Of a stretch of DNA of 48,175 nt, positions 27,124 through 37,211 are shown in pieces. The notes under the pieces were generated by a model. That model searched no databases, was not told the origin of the DNA, and was given only the letters and a program-made list of their open reading frames with translations. The DNA is from an uncultured Bacilli bacterium (GTDB taxonomy: Bacteria > Bacillota_I > Bacilli_A > RF39 > UBA660), in assembly GCA_944359705.1 (NCBI GenBank), contig CALVSZ010000001.1:1-48175 (forward strand). The letters are read 5' to 3'. Within the stretch, counting starts at the first letter, position 1; every line of letters starts with the position of its first letter. The position numbers and the translations under genes were made by a program.

Positions 27124-27312
27124 CCCTATTTTGAAAAAAATCTAAATAAAAGGAAAGCTCAGAGGGCTAGAGTATCTGACTCCAAGCCAAGTTAAATAGA
27201 AAAACTATAAATAGATGGTAAACGGCTTTAGCTGTTCCCATAGGGATATAAAATACTTATATTTTAATATATGATATATAAAAAAATTTAATACTAAAAA
27301 AAGATTGGTACG

Positions 27313-27882
27313 TTACGATATAACTTCTTCTTTATTAGGTACTAATCTTTTAACTTTATTTTGACTGTGCTCATAAATAGGTTGTTCCATTGGATTAATA
27401 TGTGTTGCTGAGTAAGGTATTTTTTGATAATTGCTTTTGACTTTTAATTCTTCTAGTTCTTTAGTTAGTGTTTCAACTTTATGTGAATCATTTACAATAG
27501 AAGAAGTTAAATTTTTTATCTTCCTTTTGTTTAATATTTTAATTCCAAACATACATACAAACATGGCTTTAATAGTTAATAATGCATATGTTGTCCAAAA
27601 TAATGTTTTAATAATACCAAATGAACCGGAGACTCCAGTTAAAGTCATTAAAATTCCTCCAATAATGGTAAATATATTTGATATTTTTCTTGAGTCTTCG
27701 TAAAATTTAACTTCTTTTAATTCCTTATTGTTTTTAACTATATTATTATTGGCTTCTTCAATTTCATTTTCTTTCATTAATATTTCTTCAATGTTACTGT
27801 TAACTTTTACTAAATCAATTTCTCCTTTATCACTAGATACAATATAGTCAGTATCATTTATTCGAGTATATTCTTTATTCAT
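27313..27882 (-). CDS. Hypothetical membrane protein (two TM segments flanked by coiled-coil-like regions)
   Basis: Start placed at MNKEYTRIND behind AGGAGGAG. No motif recognised. Confidence 0.6.
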   Translation of the reverse strand: MNKEYTRINDTDYIVSSDKGEIDLVKVNSNIEEILMKENEIEEANNNIVKNNKELKEVKFYEDSRKISNIFTIIGGILMTLTGVSGSFGIIKTLFWTTYALLTIKAMFVCMFGIKILNKRKIKNLTSSIVNDSHKVETLTKELEELKVKSNYQKIPYSATHINPMEQPIYEHSQNKVKRLVPNKEEVIS

Positions 27883-27993
27883 AGATACTCCTCCTTGTTG
27901 CCATTTATAATATAACAAAATGATAAAATAGTCAAATGAAAATATTTCCTTTTAAAATTAAATATGATATAATGTATGGGCGAGGTGTTATAT

Positions 27994-29433
27994 ATGAATG
28001 ACATACAAAATAAAGCAATAACTAAAAGAGATGTTGATTTTGCTAAATGGTATACAGATGTTGTTAAAGCAGCAAAACTTGCAACATACTCTAATACAAA
28101 AGGATGTATAGTGTTTGAACCAAATGGATATGCAATTTGGGAAAAAATGCAAAGTGTACTAGATAGTGAATTTAAGAAAACGGGGCACCAAAATGTTTAT
28201 ATGCCGCTTTTGATACCGGAAAATTTGATGAATAAAGAAGGAGAACTTGTAAATGGATTTGCTCCGGAAGTAGCATGGGTTACTATTGGTGGCCAAAAAG
28301 AATTGGATGAAAGATTATGTATAAGGCCAACTTCGGAAACTTTGTTTAGTGATTACTATTCTTCTGTTGTAAAATCATATCGTGATTTACCTAAATTATA
28401 TAATCAATGGTGTAATGTTCTTAGGTGGGAAAAAGAAACAAGACCATTTTTAAGAAGTAGAGAGTTCTTATGGCAAGAAGGTCATACTGTACATGAAACT
28501 AAGGAAGAAGCGGAAAAAGAAACACTACAAATGCTTAATGTATATAATGACTTCTTTCATAATTATTTAGCTATTCCATCTATCGTAGGTAAAAAAACTG
28601 ATAAAGAAAAATTTGCAGGAGCAGAATACACTTATACAGTAGAGTCTCTTATGTATAATGGAGTATCTTTGCAATCAGGTACATCACATTATTTTGGTCA
28701 AAAGTTTTCACGTGCTTATGATATAAAATTTGTAAATAGAGAAAATAAATTTGATTATGCATATCAAACATCATGGGGAGTGACTACTAGAATGATTGGA
28801 GCCTTAATCATGGTTCATTCAGATGATTATGGACTTGTACTTCCTCCTAAAATTGCTCCTAGACAAGTAGTAATTATCCCAATTAAAGATACACTAGAAG
28901 TAAGTAATTTAGCACACAAATATTTAGAAGAATTAAATAAAAATAATATTATTTCATATATAGATAATACTAATAAAAGTGCTGGGTTTAAGTTTGCAGA
29001 AGCAGAAGTAAATGGTATTCCTATTAGAATAGAGATAGGACCAAGAGATTTAGAAAATGGTAAAGTAGTTTTAGTTAGAAGAGATACTAGAGAAAAAATA
29101 GAAATAGATATTAATTCTAATATAGTAGAGACTATCATTAATTTAATGAATGATATTCAAAATAATTTATATAATAGAGCATTAGAAAGAAGAAATAAGC
29201 AAACGTATATTGCTCATAATTTAGATGAAATGACTGATATTATGAATAAACACCCGGGATTTATTAAAGCCATGTGGTGTGGAGATCCTGCTTGTGAATT
29301 AAAGATAAAAGAAATAAAGGGTACTAAATCAAGATGTATTCCGTTTGATGAAGAGCAAGAACATATTGATGATAAATGCGTTTGCTGTGGTAAACCTGCT
29401 AAGAAAATGGTCGTTTGGGGTATACAATATTAA
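27994..29433 (+). CDS. proS: Prolyl-tRNA synthetase (short archaeal/eukaryote-like type without the bacterial insertion domain)
   Basis: DFAKWYTDVV...FEPNGYAIWE...RPTSET...FLWQEGHT plus the C-terminal zinc-type domain CVCCGKPAKKMVVWGIQY. Start at the ATG 27994 behind GAGGTG. Confidence 0.95.
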   Translation: MNDIQNKAITKRDVDFAKWYTDVVKAAKLATYSNTKGCIVFEPNGYAIWEKMQSVLDSEFKKTGHQNVYMPLLIPENLMNKEGELVNGFAPEVAWVTIGGQKELDERLCIRPTSETLFSDYYSSVVKSYRDLPKLYNQWCNVLRWEKETRPFLRSREFLWQEGHTVHETKEEAEKETLQMLNVYNDFFHNYLAIPSIVGKKTDKEKFAGAEYTYTVESLMYNGVSLQSGTSHYFGQKFSRAYDIKFVNRENKFDYAYQTSWGVTTRMIGALIMVHSDDYGLVLPPKIAPRQVVIIPIKDTLEVSNLAHKYLEELNKNNIISYIDNTNKSAGFKFAEAEVNGIPIRIEIGPRDLENGKVVLVRRDTREKIEIDINSNIVETIINLMNDIQNNLYNRALERRNKQTYIAHNLDEMTDIMNKHPGFIKAMWCGDPACELKIKEIKGTKSRCIPFDEEQEHIDDKCVCCGKPAKKMVVWGIQY

Positions 29434-29470
29434 AGTGTTATGATATAATTTAAATAGTTTGGAGGTTAAT

Positions 29471-29689
29471 ATGGAAATTGCAGTATTAATAATATCAATT
29501 TTTTTAATTGGATTAGTTTTATTACAAAGTGCAAAAGCAGAATCAGCATCACAAATTATTCAAGGTGGTAATTCTGATTTGTTTGCAAATAGAAAAGAAA
29601 GAGGAGTAGAACTTTTTATAAGTAGACTTACTATGCTTCTTGGAATGGCATTTTTTGTACTTTGTCTATTTATATCGTTTAAAAATTAG
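29471..29689 (+). CDS. secG: Preprotein translocase subunit SecG
   Basis: 72 aa with two TM segments and LLQSAKAE...GG...RLT pattern. SD GGAGG before the ATG at 29471. Conserved position upstream of rnr/smpB in Bacillota. Confidence 0.8.
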   Translation: MEIAVLIISIFLIGLVLLQSAKAESASQIIQGGNSDLFANRKERGVELFISRLTMLLGMAFFVLCLFISFKN

Positions 29690-29711
29690 ACTTAAGTTTT
29701 AAGTCTTTTTT
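29688..29711 (+). terminator. Hairpin/terminator between secG and rnr
   Basis: AGACTTA-AGTTT-TAAGTCT followed by TTTTT. Confidence 0.55.
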
Positions 29712-29728
29712 CTAATTAGGAGGAACAA

Positions 29729-31810
29729 ATGGAAGAAAGAATAATTGATTTACTTAAACAAAATTCATCACTTAATATAATAGATATTAATGATATTTTG
29801 GGGTTAAAAGATCCGGTTGAATTTAGTAATTTACAAGAAACTTTAGATAATATGTGTGAAGATGGCATTTTATATCATAGTAATAAAGATAAATATTTAT
29901 TATTTGAAAATAGTCATTTGCTAAAAGGAAAATTACAATTAAAGTCTAGTGGTTATGGTTTTGTTTTAGATACAGGGCTTGAAAAGGATATCTATATAAA
30001 TGAAAAAGATATAAATGGCGCACTAGATGGTGATATTGTAGCAGTAGAAATTACAAATAAAAGAGATTTTGAAGGAAAAATTGTAAAAATATTAAAAAGA
30101 AATGATAAGGTTTTAGTTGGGGAAGTAGTAGTTATAGATAACAAGTTTTATGTCTCTATTGATAAGAAGGGTAATAACATATACATACCTAATGATAAAT
30201 TAAATGGTGCGGTTGAAGGACATAAAGTAGTAGTTAAAAGAGATGAAAAGAAAAGAACGATGGGAGAAATCGTTACTATAATTGGTCATAAAAATGATGT
30301 TGGTGTAGATATTTTATCGTATGTATATAAGTATGAATTTAAACCTAACTTTCCTGATGATGTTATGTTTGAAATAGATGCTATTCCTGATAGTGTATTA
30401 GAAAGTGAATTAGAGGGTAGAGTTGATTTAAGAGATAAAAAAGTATTTACGATTGATGGGGCTGATACTAAAGATATAGATGATGCTATTTATTGTTATA
30501 AAAACGAAGATAATACATATACATTAGGTGTTTGTATTGCTGATGTATCTCATTATGTAAAAATGGGAAGTAAAATTGATGTTGAAGCTTATGAAAGGGG
30601 TACTAGTGTTTATCTTGTAGATAGAGTATTACCAATGCTTCCACATAAACTTTCAAATGGAATATGTTCATTAAATCCTGAAGTGGATAGATTAGCTTTA
30701 TCTTGTATTATGAAAATTGATAATAAAGGTAATGTTATAGATTATGACATATGTGAAAGTGTTATTAGAAGTAGAAAAAAAATGACTTATGATGCTGTTA
30801 ATAGTATTTTAGAAAATAATGTAGTACCTCCAGGTTATGAAGAGTTTGTTGATGATTTAAAACTTATGAATGAATTATCTAATATTTTGAGAAAGAAAAT
30901 GGTGGCACGAGGATACATTGATTTTGATACTAAAGAAGCTAAGATATTAGTAGACGAAAATTGCCATCCATACGAAATAAAATTAAGGGAACAAAGAACT
31001 GGTGAAGAATTAATTGAAAATTTTATGATTGTCGCTAATGAAACGGTAGCGTCTTCTATCTTTTACCGAAGCGATGATGTCCCTGGAATATATCGTGTTC
31101 ATGATAAACCAAATGAAGCCAAATTACAAAGTTTTACAGAATTTTTATCAAGTCATGGATACAGCGTCGTAGGTAAAAAAAGAGGAAATATAACCGTAAA
31201 AGATTTACGAAATATTATCGATCAGATAGATGATGAGCGAGTAAAGCCAATATTAAATGAACTATTAGTTAGATCAATGGCTAAAGCAGTATATTCAAAT
31301 GAAAATATTGGGCATTTTGGATTAGGAAGTAGATGTTATAGTCATTTTACTTCACCAATTAGAAGATATCCAGATTTGGTTTTACATAGATTAGTAAAAC
31401 TTTATAATGGAAGTTATGATTATGATTTAATTGACTATTTTAAAAAAGAATTACCAATAATTTGTGAACACACCTCAGAAAGAGAAAGAGCAGCTGATTC
31501 TTGTGAACGTGATGTTGATAAAATGAAGATGGCTGAATATATGGAAGACCATATTGGAGAAGTATTTAAAGGGGTTATATCAGGTGTACAAGAATTTGGA
31601 ATATTTGTAGAACTTCCAAATACAGTTGAAGGGTTAATTAGAGTTGAAGATTTACCAGGTTATTATACATATAATGAAAAAGCAATGACTTTATTTGATA
31701 AAAAGTCAAAGCGCCGATTTGGTTTTGGTGATGATATTACTGTTAAGGTAGTAAAAGCATCTAGAGAAACGTCAACAGTGGACTTTGAATTAGTTGAAGA
31801 TAATAAATAA
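29729..31810 (+). CDS. rnr: Ribonuclease R
   Basis: FTIDGADTKDIDDAIY (RNB motif I), GIYRVHDKPN, GHFGLGSRCYSHFTSPIRRYPDLVLHR and a C-terminal S1 domain (GVISGVQEFGIFVEL). Confidence 0.95.
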   Translation: MEERIIDLLKQNSSLNIIDINDILGLKDPVEFSNLQETLDNMCEDGILYHSNKDKYLLFENSHLLKGKLQLKSSGYGFVLDTGLEKDIYINEKDINGALDGDIVAVEITNKRDFEGKIVKILKRNDKVLVGEVVVIDNKFYVSIDKKGNNIYIPNDKLNGAVEGHKVVVKRDEKKRTMGEIVTIIGHKNDVGVDILSYVYKYEFKPNFPDDVMFEIDAIPDSVLESELEGRVDLRDKKVFTIDGADTKDIDDAIYCYKNEDNTYTLGVCIADVSHYVKMGSKIDVEAYERGTSVYLVDRVLPMLPHKLSNGICSLNPEVDRLALSCIMKIDNKGNVIDYDICESVIRSRKKMTYDAVNSILENNVVPPGYEEFVDDLKLMNELSNILRKKMVARGYIDFDTKEAKILVDENCHPYEIKLREQRTGEELIENFMIVANETVASSIFYRSDDVPGIYRVHDKPNEAKLQSFTEFLSSHGYSVVGKKRGNITVKDLRNIIDQIDDERVKPILNELLVRSMAKAVYSNENIGHFGLGSRCYSHFTSPIRRYPDLVLHRLVKLYNGSYDYDLIDYFKKELPIICEHTSERERAADSCERDVDKMKMAEYMEDHIGEVFKGVISGVQEFGIFVELPNTVEGLIRVEDLPGYYTYNEKAMTLFDKKSKRRFGFGDDITVKVVKASRETSTVDFELVEDNK

Positions 31811-31830
31811 CATAAAGAGAGGACTTGTTT

Positions 31831-33960
31831 ATGGGAACTAAAATAATTGAATTATTAAGTTCCAAAAAGAATAATAATTTAACACTTGAAGAAATAAGTG
31901 TATATTTAGGGGAAGATAAGGAATACATATTTAAGGTATTAGCACTTTTGGAACAACAAGGAATTATATTTAAACAAAGTAATAATAAATATATTCTTGT
32001 TCAAAATACTAATTTAAAAAGGGCTACAATTAAATTTACTACCAAAAAAGGATTAGTAGCTATTTTAAGCGATAATACGCAATTGCAACTTACACGTAAA
32101 GATTATAAAAAATTAAGAAATAATGATTTAGTTTTAGTAGAACCATATACGCAAAGTGGCATGGCTAAAGTGGTAAGGATATTAAATAAGACTAATAAAA
32201 ATTATATTGGAGAAGTAATAGAAGAAGAAAACCAATATAAGGCAATTAGTGAAGACGGAAGAAGTATTAATTTAAAAGAAGAATATCCAATTGGTACGAA
32301 ATTATTAATAGACAGTAATACTGATATGGTACTAGAAGTAATTGGACATAAAGATGATTATAGTACTGTAATAAAAGAAGTATTACTTCAAAATGGATTT
32401 CCTATATCTTTTAAAGATGAGTATTTAAAAGAATTGGAAGCAATACCAACGTCTTTATCTGATGAAGACATAATAGATTTAAAAAGTAAGAAATATTTAG
32501 ATATTACTACATTGCCAATTATAACTGTAGATGGAGCAGATACAAAAGACTTTGATGATGCTGTAGGATATTTGGATAATAATATTTATATTTCTATTGC
32601 AAATACTTCAAGATATTTTAAAGAAGGATCATCAATATGGGATGAAGCGTTAAAAAGAGGAATATCAGTATATCCTCCGGGAACAGTCAACCCCATGCTA
32701 CATCATAAATTTTCTAATGGAATATGTTCGTTAGTTCCTGGAGAGGCTAGAAGTTCACTATCTACAAGTATTCAAATAGATAAAAATGGGAAAGTACTAT
32801 CATATAAGATATTTCCAAGTATAATAAAGAATCAGAAAAGAACTACTTATGAAGAAGTAAATGAATATTTAGAAAATGAAACTGTCATAGATGGGTATCA
32901 AAACTATTTAGATTTAATAGAAAATCTATATGAAAGAGCAATGGTAGTTAAAGATAAAATGTTAAGAGAAGGATTTTTGAATTTTTCTAGTACGGAAGTA
33001 AAATATTATTTTGAAAATGCCCAAGTTATAAAAATAGATAAAAGACATCAAGGAAAGGCAGAAGAGTTGATTGAATTTTTAATGATTTTAGATAATATGG
33101 TTATGGTTGATTATTTTATTAAAAATGAATTACCATTTATAGCTAGAAATCATGAAGAACCTAATTATGAAAAATTAAAATCTTGGAGTATGCTTCTTAG
33201 AAAAAGAAATTATAAAGCTATCGTTTCCGATAAATTAAAACCTGAAGAAATTATGCATAATAGAAAATTATATGAAGGAAATTTTGATATGGAAGTATTA
33301 GACAGAATAGCTATTAGATGCCAATCTAAAGCAAGATATAGTTCTGTTTGTGAAGGTCATTACGCTTTAGGTTCTATTCCTTATGCTACATTTACTTCGA
33401 CAATTAGAAGACTTCCTGATTTTATAAATCAAAGAATATATTTTGATTCTATTGAATATGGAAAAGATTATGCAAGAAAAAAATGGGCACCAATTGTACC
33501 TCTTTTAGCTAATATTGCAAATGATGCTGAAACTAGAGCAGAGAAAGTTGAACAAAAATTAGATGATATAAAGATGGCTGAATATATGGGACAATTTATA
33601 GGTTGTGAATATACAGGTGTTGTATCAGAAGTATCTACTTCATATATAAAAGTATTACTACCTAATATGTGTGAAGGTAAAATAAAATTATACGATAAAG
33701 AATATAGATTATGTAAAAATGGTTTCACATTATTAAATTGTGAAACAGGTGAAAATATTTTAATAGGAGACCAAATAAACGTTAAACTAAAAAAGGTTAA
33801 TAAAATAACAGGGGAAATAGAATTATTAAATAGCAAGGAGAATAAGAAGTATGAAAAAGAAAGCAGTAAAACGAAAAAGAAAGTTAAAAATAGACAGAAT
33901 AATTATAGCCATTACGGTATTGGCTATAGCAATTATCGGAATATATTTTCTAGTAAGTAG
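31831..33960 (+). CDS. Divergent RNase R/RNase II-family paralogue
   Basis: ITVDGADTKDFDDAV (motif I intact), but motif IV reads EGHYALGSIPYATFTSTIRRLPDFINQR. S1-like C-terminus with a basic tail. Start at the ATG 31831 behind AGAGAGGA. Confidence 0.85.
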   Translation: MGTKIIELLSSKKNNNLTLEEISVYLGEDKEYIFKVLALLEQQGIIFKQSNNKYILVQNTNLKRATIKFTTKKGLVAILSDNTQLQLTRKDYKKLRNNDLVLVEPYTQSGMAKVVRILNKTNKNYIGEVIEEENQYKAISEDGRSINLKEEYPIGTKLLIDSNTDMVLEVIGHKDDYSTVIKEVLLQNGFPISFKDEYLKELEAIPTSLSDEDIIDLKSKKYLDITTLPIITVDGADTKDFDDAVGYLDNNIYISIANTSRYFKEGSSIWDEALKRGISVYPPGTVNPMLHHKFSNGICSLVPGEARSSLSTSIQIDKNGKVLSYKIFPSIIKNQKRTTYEEVNEYLENETVIDGYQNYLDLIENLYERAMVVKDKMLREGFLNFSSTEVKYYFENAQVIKIDKRHQGKAEELIEFLMILDNMVMVDYFIKNELPFIARNHEEPNYEKLKSWSMLLRKRNYKAIVSDKLKPEEIMHNRKLYEGNFDMEVLDRIAIRCQSKARYSSVCEGHYALGSIPYATFTSTIRRLPDFINQRIYFDSIEYGKDYARKKWAPIVPLLANIANDAETRAEKVEQKLDDIKMAEYMGQFIGCEYTGVVSEVSTSYIKVLLPNMCEGKIKLYDKEYRLCKNGFTLLNCETGENILIGDQINVKLKKVNKITGEIELLNSKENKKYEKESSKTKKKVKNRQNNYSHYGIGYSNYRNIFSSK

Positions 33961-35086
33961 TTTAACTAATAAAAATGACGACAATAATGATGTAATCGCA
34001 GGTAATAAAAATGAAAATAAAGAAGAAACTTATAAAGTATCGATGGTAATGGTTGGGGATAATTTAATTCATTCTAGTATATATAATGAAGCTAATAGAA
34101 ATGCTAATTATGATGGATATGATTTTAAACCGATGATTACGATGATAAAGGATAAGGTTAAAGGTTATGATTTAGCATATTATAATCAGGAAACTATCTT
34201 AGGAGGAAGTGAAATAGGACTTTCTGATTATCCAACATTTAATTCTCCATATGAAGCAGGAGACGCAATGTTAGATGCTGGATTTAATATAGTTTCCCTT
34301 GCTACTAATCACACAATAGATAGAGGAGAAAAAGCAGTTCTTAATTCATGTGAGTATTGGGAAACAAAATCTGATGTGTTAACCGCAGGTAGTTATTGTA
34401 GTGAAGAAGATAGAAATGAAGTAAAAGTAATGGAAAAAAATAACATTACTTATACAATGTTAAATTATACTTATGGTACAAATGGTATAGCTATTCCTAA
34501 TGGTAAAGATTATTTAGTTAATGTTTGGCCAATGGATTATAATGCTGATTATGGAGAAGGATATGAAGCTTTTAAAGAAACAGTAAGAGAAGATATAGAA
34601 AGAGTAAGAGATAAAGTAGATGTATTAATTGTAGCAATGCACTGGGGAGTAGAATATACACATACTCCAACTAAATATCAAAAAGATGCTGCAGAATTTT
34701 TAGCATCTTTAGGAGTCGATATTGTAATAGGAACTCATCCACATGTTGTGCAACCAGTTGAGTGGATTGATGATACAATTGTATTTTATTCGTTAGGAAA
34801 CTTTATATCTGCTCAAGAACAAAGTGATAACTATAATAAAATGGTTGGACTTATGTCATCATTGGATATTACTAAAACGGTAAAAGGTGATGACGTTGAT
34901 ATTAAAATAGATAATATTAATAATGAACTAATATTTACATATTATCAAGGATATCGTAATTTTAAAGTAATACCATTTAGTGAAATAAATTCAACGTATT
35001 TACCTACATATGAGAGTGTATATGATAAATATAGTGAAGCAGTCAAAATGTATGATGAAACAATGCCAGTCGTTGCATTATCTTAG
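33851..35086 (+). CDS. CapA-family (PGA_cap metallophosphoesterase-like) membrane-anchored protein
   Basis: N-terminal basic/TM anchor, MVGDNLIH, SLATNHTIDRG, MHWGVEY and GTHPHV motifs. SD AAGGAG. Overlaps the upstream gene by 110 nt. Confidence 0.85.
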   Translation: MKKKAVKRKRKLKIDRIIIAITVLAIAIIGIYFLVSSLTNKNDDNNDVIAGNKNENKEETYKVSMVMVGDNLIHSSIYNEANRNANYDGYDFKPMITMIKDKVKGYDLAYYNQETILGGSEIGLSDYPTFNSPYEAGDAMLDAGFNIVSLATNHTIDRGEKAVLNSCEYWETKSDVLTAGSYCSEEDRNEVKVMEKNNITYTMLNYTYGTNGIAIPNGKDYLVNVWPMDYNADYGEGYEAFKETVREDIERVRDKVDVLIVAMHWGVEYTHTPTKYQKDAAEFLASLGVDIVIGTHPHVVQPVEWIDDTIVFYSLGNFISAQEQSDNYNKMVGLMSSLDITKTVKGDDVDIKIDNINNELIFTYYQGYRNFKVIPFSEINSTYLPTYESVYDKYSEAVKMYDETMPVVALS

Positions 35087-35091
35087 AAAAT

Positions 35092-35122
35092 ACTAGTAAT
35101 TAATTTACTAGTTTTCTTTTTT
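35092..35122 (+). terminator. Intrinsic terminator after the CapA-like gene
   Basis: ACTAGTAA (35092-99) pairs with TTACTAGT (35105-12), followed by TTTCTTTTTT. Confidence 0.6.
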
Positions 35123-35152
35123 ATGTTATATTATATCTAGGATGTGATATTT

Positions 35153-35590
35153 ATGGAAATTATCAATAGAAAAGCAAGATTTGACTATGAAATAGAAGAT
35201 GAATATGAAGCAGGTATCGTTTTAAAAGGAACGGAAATAAAGTCAATTAGAAATGGTAAAGCTAATATTAAAGATAGTTATGCAATTATTAGAAATAATG
35301 AATTATATTTACTAAATACTCATATTTCTCTATATGAAGAAGGAAATAGATTTAATCATGAAGAAACAAGAACGAGAAAATTACTTATGCATAAAAGAGA
35401 AATACTTAAGTTAAAAGATAAGATAGAAAAGGAGGGATATACTCTAATACCTTTAAAGATGTATTTTAAAGGAAGTATTTTAAAAGTACTAATAGGTCTT
35501 GCTAAAGGTAAGAAAAGTTACGATAAAAGAGAAGCAATTAAGAAAAGAGATACAGAAAGAGAAATGCAAAAAATAATTAAATATAGGTAG
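35153..35590 (+). CDS. smpB: SsrA-binding protein SmpB
   Basis: NRKARFDYEIEDEYEAGIVLKGTEIKSIR...LLMHKREI...KGKKSYDKRE is a canonical SmpB sequence. Confidence 0.95.
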   Translation: MEIINRKARFDYEIEDEYEAGIVLKGTEIKSIRNGKANIKDSYAIIRNNELYLLNTHISLYEEGNRFNHEETRTRKLLMHKREILKLKDKIEKEGYTLIPLKMYFKGSILKVLIGLAKGKKSYDKREAIKKRDTEREMQKIIKYR

Positions 35591-35598
35591 GGAGAAAT

Positions 35599-36609
35599 AT
35601 GAAGATTTTATTATATACAGAAGGACTTAAAAAAATAGGTAAATCAGGTTTAGGAAAGGCTGTTAAACATCAAATTAATGCCTTAAAAGAAAATAATGTT
35701 GATTATACATTGGATCCTAAATGTACAGATTATGATATAGTGCATATAAATTTTTACGGACCTAAATCATATTTTTTAGCGAAGAAAGCTAAAAAAATGG
35801 GAAAGAAAATTGTATATCATGCCCATAGTACGGAGGAAGATTTTAGAAATTCTTTTATATTTTCTAATCAGTTATCTAAATTGTTTAAATGGTGGATATG
35901 TAAATGTTATAAACTAGGAGATGTAATTATAACCCCAACAGAATATTCAAAAAGATTATTAGAAAATTATAATTTAGGTAAGAAAATTTATGCTATATCT
36001 AATGGAATTAATATGGAATTCTTTGAAAGAAATATAAAAAATGGTGAAAAATTTCGAAAAGATTTTGGATATAGTACGGAAGATAAAGTTATTATGGGAG
36101 TAGGATTATATTTAGAAAGAAAAGGAATTTTAGATTTTGTTGAACTTGCTAAAAAAATGCCAGAATATAAATTTATTTGGTTTGGTTATAGTCCCTTATA
36201 TGCATCTCCTAGGAAAGTAAGAAAAGCAGTTAAAACGAAACTTCCTAATTTATATTTTGCCGGTTATGTAGAACCAGAAGTATTAAGAGGAGCTTATTCT
36301 GGTGCTAATCTTTATTTATTCCCAACTTTGGAAGAGACTGAAGGTATTCCGATATTAGAAGCATTAACAGAAAAAATTCCTTCAATAGTAAGAGATATAC
36401 CTATATTTGATGAATGGTTAATTGATGGCAAAAATGTTTATAAAGCTAAAAATACAGAAGAATTTGAGAGTAAAATAAAAGGAATTTTAGAAGGGAAACT
36501 AAAAGATGTAACAGAAGAAGGATATAAAGTAGTAAGTGATAGAGAAATTAAAGCAGTAGGTAAAAAATTAATTCAAGTATATAAAGATTTAATGAATAAT
36601 AAAATATAA
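35599..36609 (+). CDS. GT4-family (GT-B fold) glycosyltransferase
   Basis: 336 aa. E-x7-E region FPTLEETEGIPILEAL. GKSGLGKAV N-terminal pattern. Confidence 0.85.
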   Translation: MKILLYTEGLKKIGKSGLGKAVKHQINALKENNVDYTLDPKCTDYDIVHINFYGPKSYFLAKKAKKMGKKIVYHAHSTEEDFRNSFIFSNQLSKLFKWWICKCYKLGDVIITPTEYSKRLLENYNLGKKIYAISNGINMEFFERNIKNGEKFRKDFGYSTEDKVIMGVGLYLERKGILDFVELAKKMPEYKFIWFGYSPLYASPRKVRKAVKTKLPNLYFAGYVEPEVLRGAYSGANLYLFPTLEETEGIPILEALTEKIPSIVRDIPIFDEWLIDGKNVYKAKNTEEFESKIKGILEGKLKDVTEEGYKVVSDREIKAVGKKLIQVYKDLMNNKI

Positions 36610-36620
36610 AGGAGAGATTT

Positions 36621-37211
36621 ATGAAAAAAATTATAATGGGGTTTATGGTTGTTATTCTATTAAGTGGATGCGCTAAAGAAGAAAAAGATATGTGTACTTA
36701 TAATATAGAAGAAGGTAAAAGCCTTACTAATAGTAATTATAAAAATGATATAAAGACCTGTGAAAAAGTAAATTATGTATATGATGAATATGATTTAAAA
36801 ATTGAAACTGTACCAACTTCGAATAAATTGGGATTTACAATGACATTATATTATAATGATAAAGTTATAAATAATAAATTTGCTGATGTTGAATTTGCTG
36901 GTGCTACAGTGGTTAAAGTAAATGATAATATATTTGTTCGACCATTTACGGGCATGCAAGACTTTAATAGTTATTTGATTGTCTTTGATAAAGATGGTAA
37001 AGTTTTAAAAGAATTAGAAAGAGTACATGTTAAAGAAATAAAAGATGATTCGTTTAAGGTCATGGAATATAATATTTATTCTATTGGAGGATATAATTGT
37101 TCCGAATATGAAGATAAAGAACAAGTTGCATATATGGAAAATGTATATTCAACTAGCACCTTAGAACTTATAGATAGCACTGAATATAAAATTAAAGATG
37201 TATGTTATTAA
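36621..37211 (+). CDS. Lipoprotein, function unknown
   Basis: Signal peptide with lipobox LLSGC. SD AAGGAGAG. Confidence 0.65.
   Translation: MKKIIMGFMVVILLSGCAKEEKDMCTYNIEEGKSLTNSNYKNDIKTCEKVNYVYDEYDLKIETVPTSNKLGFTMTLYYNDKVINNKFADVEFAGATVVKVNDNIFVRPFTGMQDFNSYLIVFDKDGKVLKELERVHVKEIKDDSFKVMEYNIYSIGGYNCSEYEDKEQVAYMENVYSTSTLELIDSTEYKIKDVCY

Noticed and set aside
26870-27159. 13-nt direct repeat TAAAAGGAAAGCT (26870-26882 and 27147-27159) flanking the tRNA pair; a possible att-like duplication.
   Set aside because: A single 13-mer match in 48 kb of AT/purine-rich sequence is expected by chance (a rough estimate gives more than ten such pairs). It does not overlap a tRNA 3' end as att sites usually do.
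27883-27993. Possible T-box or other leader upstream of proS.
   Set aside because: Only ~110 nt separate the divergent genes. A TATAAT lies about 20 nt before the SD, and there is no AGAGA/GGUGNRA or UGGUACCGCG element.
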